From Catajapyx aquilonaris (Eukaryota): a stretch of DNA of 64,000 nucleotides. Each line of letters begins with the position of its first letter. Position 1 is the first letter of the stretch. Of this stretch, positions 61,910-64,000 are shown piece by piece. The DNA lies in assembly GCA_000934665.2 (NCBI GenBank), contig JYFJ02001220.1, forward strand, positions 1 through 64,000. Direction: 5' to 3'. The notes beneath the pieces were generated by a model. It saw nothing but the letters and a program-made list of their open reading frames with translations, was not told where the DNA came from and did no database searches. Made by a program: the position numbers and the translations under genes.

Positions 61910-63370
61910 AGACGTCTTACCCCATTTGGTCCCCCACAGTCCCCCCCAAAATAATTGGACAGACGGGTTCTTTGCGAGGCTTTAACCCTGCCCGCCGCTG
62001 GGCTATCTATCACTTGACACACACTCATTGAGCACATCCTTCCCCAGTCATCCTTTCATTGCACTTTGATCCTCCGACTCACACACTGTAAACATATACA
62101 CACTCAAGAACCACTTCATGATACGCAAGCGGATTCAGACAAGATCGTTGATTCGAAAAGGATCGGAATTTTTACAGCCGTGAGCAGAAGGTAGGCTTGA
62201 TTTAAATATTAATCTGGAAAAAAATGCAGTAATCTTACTTTTTGCTCTGGACATTTCAAAGACGTCGTTTCAACCAAAGTAGTGCCTGAAACACGTATTA
62301 CATAATATGCTCAGAGTGGTCTCATGTATTGTTCATGTATACTATAGTACCCTCAGTCAACAAGGAAACCTGTGATACTCGTAGCATTTACTGGTGCCAA
62401 TGTTATCAGGTCAATGTTATATCATTAAGGTCATGACCAAGACAAGAGTGTAAACCCTTGGCATTGTTGTGCGGAATAAAAAAAGACGACCTTGTGCGGT
62501 TCGGTCACCGCCTGGGTAAATTAATTGTGCGTTAATCCTAATTATTTCTTGGGGAGTGACTGACTGCCAGGTCATTAGTCATCCAGTAATTAGTGCCAAA
62601 ATTAGCTGCTGACGCTATTTCGGACCGACGTATCTCGTTTCAATTGGTGGCCGACCACTAATTGGGAGTTTAGTTGGGAACAGTTGGTCTGGTGCAGAGG
62701 GCTGCTGCTGGGTTGTGCAACGACTATACTAAGGTGACATTTCCATTAAGTTGCCCTCATAATTTTTTTCTCTCCAAACAATAGACTACCAATGCATAGG
62801 TCCTCTCCTGAATTTCTTTTCTTCCAACTATTATTAGGAAATTGGATGTTTTTCAACCACATAAAATATAAAACAGCAGTCGAAATTTCAAAAAAAATGC
62901 TGCAAGTTAATTTGGATCTGATTGTTGCTTCTTTTTAAAATGGTGTCTAGAGTGAACAATCCGTAATATTTTTCTTGGGCAGTGCACCACCTCCTGATAT
63001 GTGAGGCGTTATCTTAATCATTATTGCTTTGTTTCACAAAAGCAACTAGTCAGCAGCTTATGGTTTCAAGTTGAGGGCTGTGCATATCCGAAAAACATCC
63101 GCATCCTCTCTTGTGTCGTTGATATTTTTTTTAATGAGTCGCAATAAAAACGATAGTGTCCGACTGTGTGAGTGTCCAATTCATCAGGCTCCCATGTTGG
63201 CCCACAGCAATTTAATCAAAGGGTGTCTGACCTTGGCCAAAGTGGTCAGTGCTGGTTTTTATGTCCATGCTGCTCTTCTCTGTCCTGGAGGGTGATTAAC
63301 GACAGCTGATTAATTAGTCTGTTGTCAAGTCCTGGACCGTGGAACAATAATGAAAGGCCTGGCTTGTGTT

Positions 63371-63847
63371 TCATGTGCGCCTAACTGACTGCGCCTTTTC
63401 AGCAGCAGCCAGCCAGCAAAGCAAGTCAGTTAGTTCAGGACCAGGCATTGGCAGATCTGGAGTTGGCTCCTTCCTCGGATGCTGCGTCTCTGCCTGACCT
63501 CTCGTCATGCTGGGGTCATCTGAGGAGGTGACGCTGACCTGCTGCATTCTGGCACTCTGTGTCATTTCAAGTGAGTCCCACAAGAGTGAGAAAGTTTGAG
63601 AGTTGTTCACCCCAGAAGATTCTGTATATAGTTTTTGTGCTTTCGACCGATTCAAGTGGTTGCTAGGGTAAACAACGCGCGACCGTCCTGTCAATTCCTG
63701 AAAGTCAGACGCACTGTCAGGATCAAACAGGCTGGGTCTTAGTGCCCATTATATTAGTCTCAACAAAGTTGAAGAAAAAAGAGCGAAGTACTCTTACGAA
63801 ACAGAGGGTTTGGAGCCAACTGGCAGGGGAATTATTGCCATACAATT
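63371..63847 (-). CDS. Probable last exons of an unrelated gene that extends beyond the window (unknown product)
   Basis: Terminal exon 63697-63371 follows the acceptor ctttcag (ELTGRSRVVY...DLLCWLAAAEKAQSVRRT*). A possible in-phase upstream exon lies at 63847-63798 (LYGNNSPASWLQTLCF|gtaaga). It has no array Cys pattern. Confidence 0.45.
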
Positions 63848-64000
63848 CTATGCAGGTGAGTCAAAATAGGTTTTGGCGAATGCGAATGACCCTCTAAGTG
63901 CCACTTGAGGACAGTTGGGAATTCGGATCTTTAATAGTGTGAGGCAGTAACAAACTCAGTGATGCCGGATATTTTTTTAGATGCGATTTTTGCATTAGCT

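Overview
Eukaryotic, probably invertebrate-animal genomic DNA (spliceosomal GT/GC-AG introns, many only 60-200 bp). Most six-frame ORFs are spurious or single exons. Manual splicing shows a tandem array of 22 related genes from 2.5 to 61.9 kb, and every gene model closes in frame. They encode small secretory proteins: signal peptide, a helical-looking Cys-patterned domain (C1..C2-x8/9-C3..C4) and usually a hydrophobic C-terminal tail resembling a GPI signal. Sixteen genes are single-domain with four coding exons and intron phases 1-2-0. One gene is a 10-exon, four-domain chimera. Five genes (46.9-61.9 kb) are longer two-domain forms with a CC-x7-C motif, and their second half is homologous to the single-domain genes. 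Ectodomains are very divergent, while the Cys scaffold, intron phases and anchor tail are conserved. Stalks vary (none, acidic/His-rich, furin-site, YDNR repeats), and three members lack the anchor. I cannot name the family from sequence alone; the Cys spacing recalls neuritin, the RGM N-domain and DUF19-type helical domains (inference). Also present: two degenerate tRNA-like elements, a TTAA-flanked MITE, long palindromes, an intronic minisatellite and the probable 3' end of an unrelated minus-strand gene.
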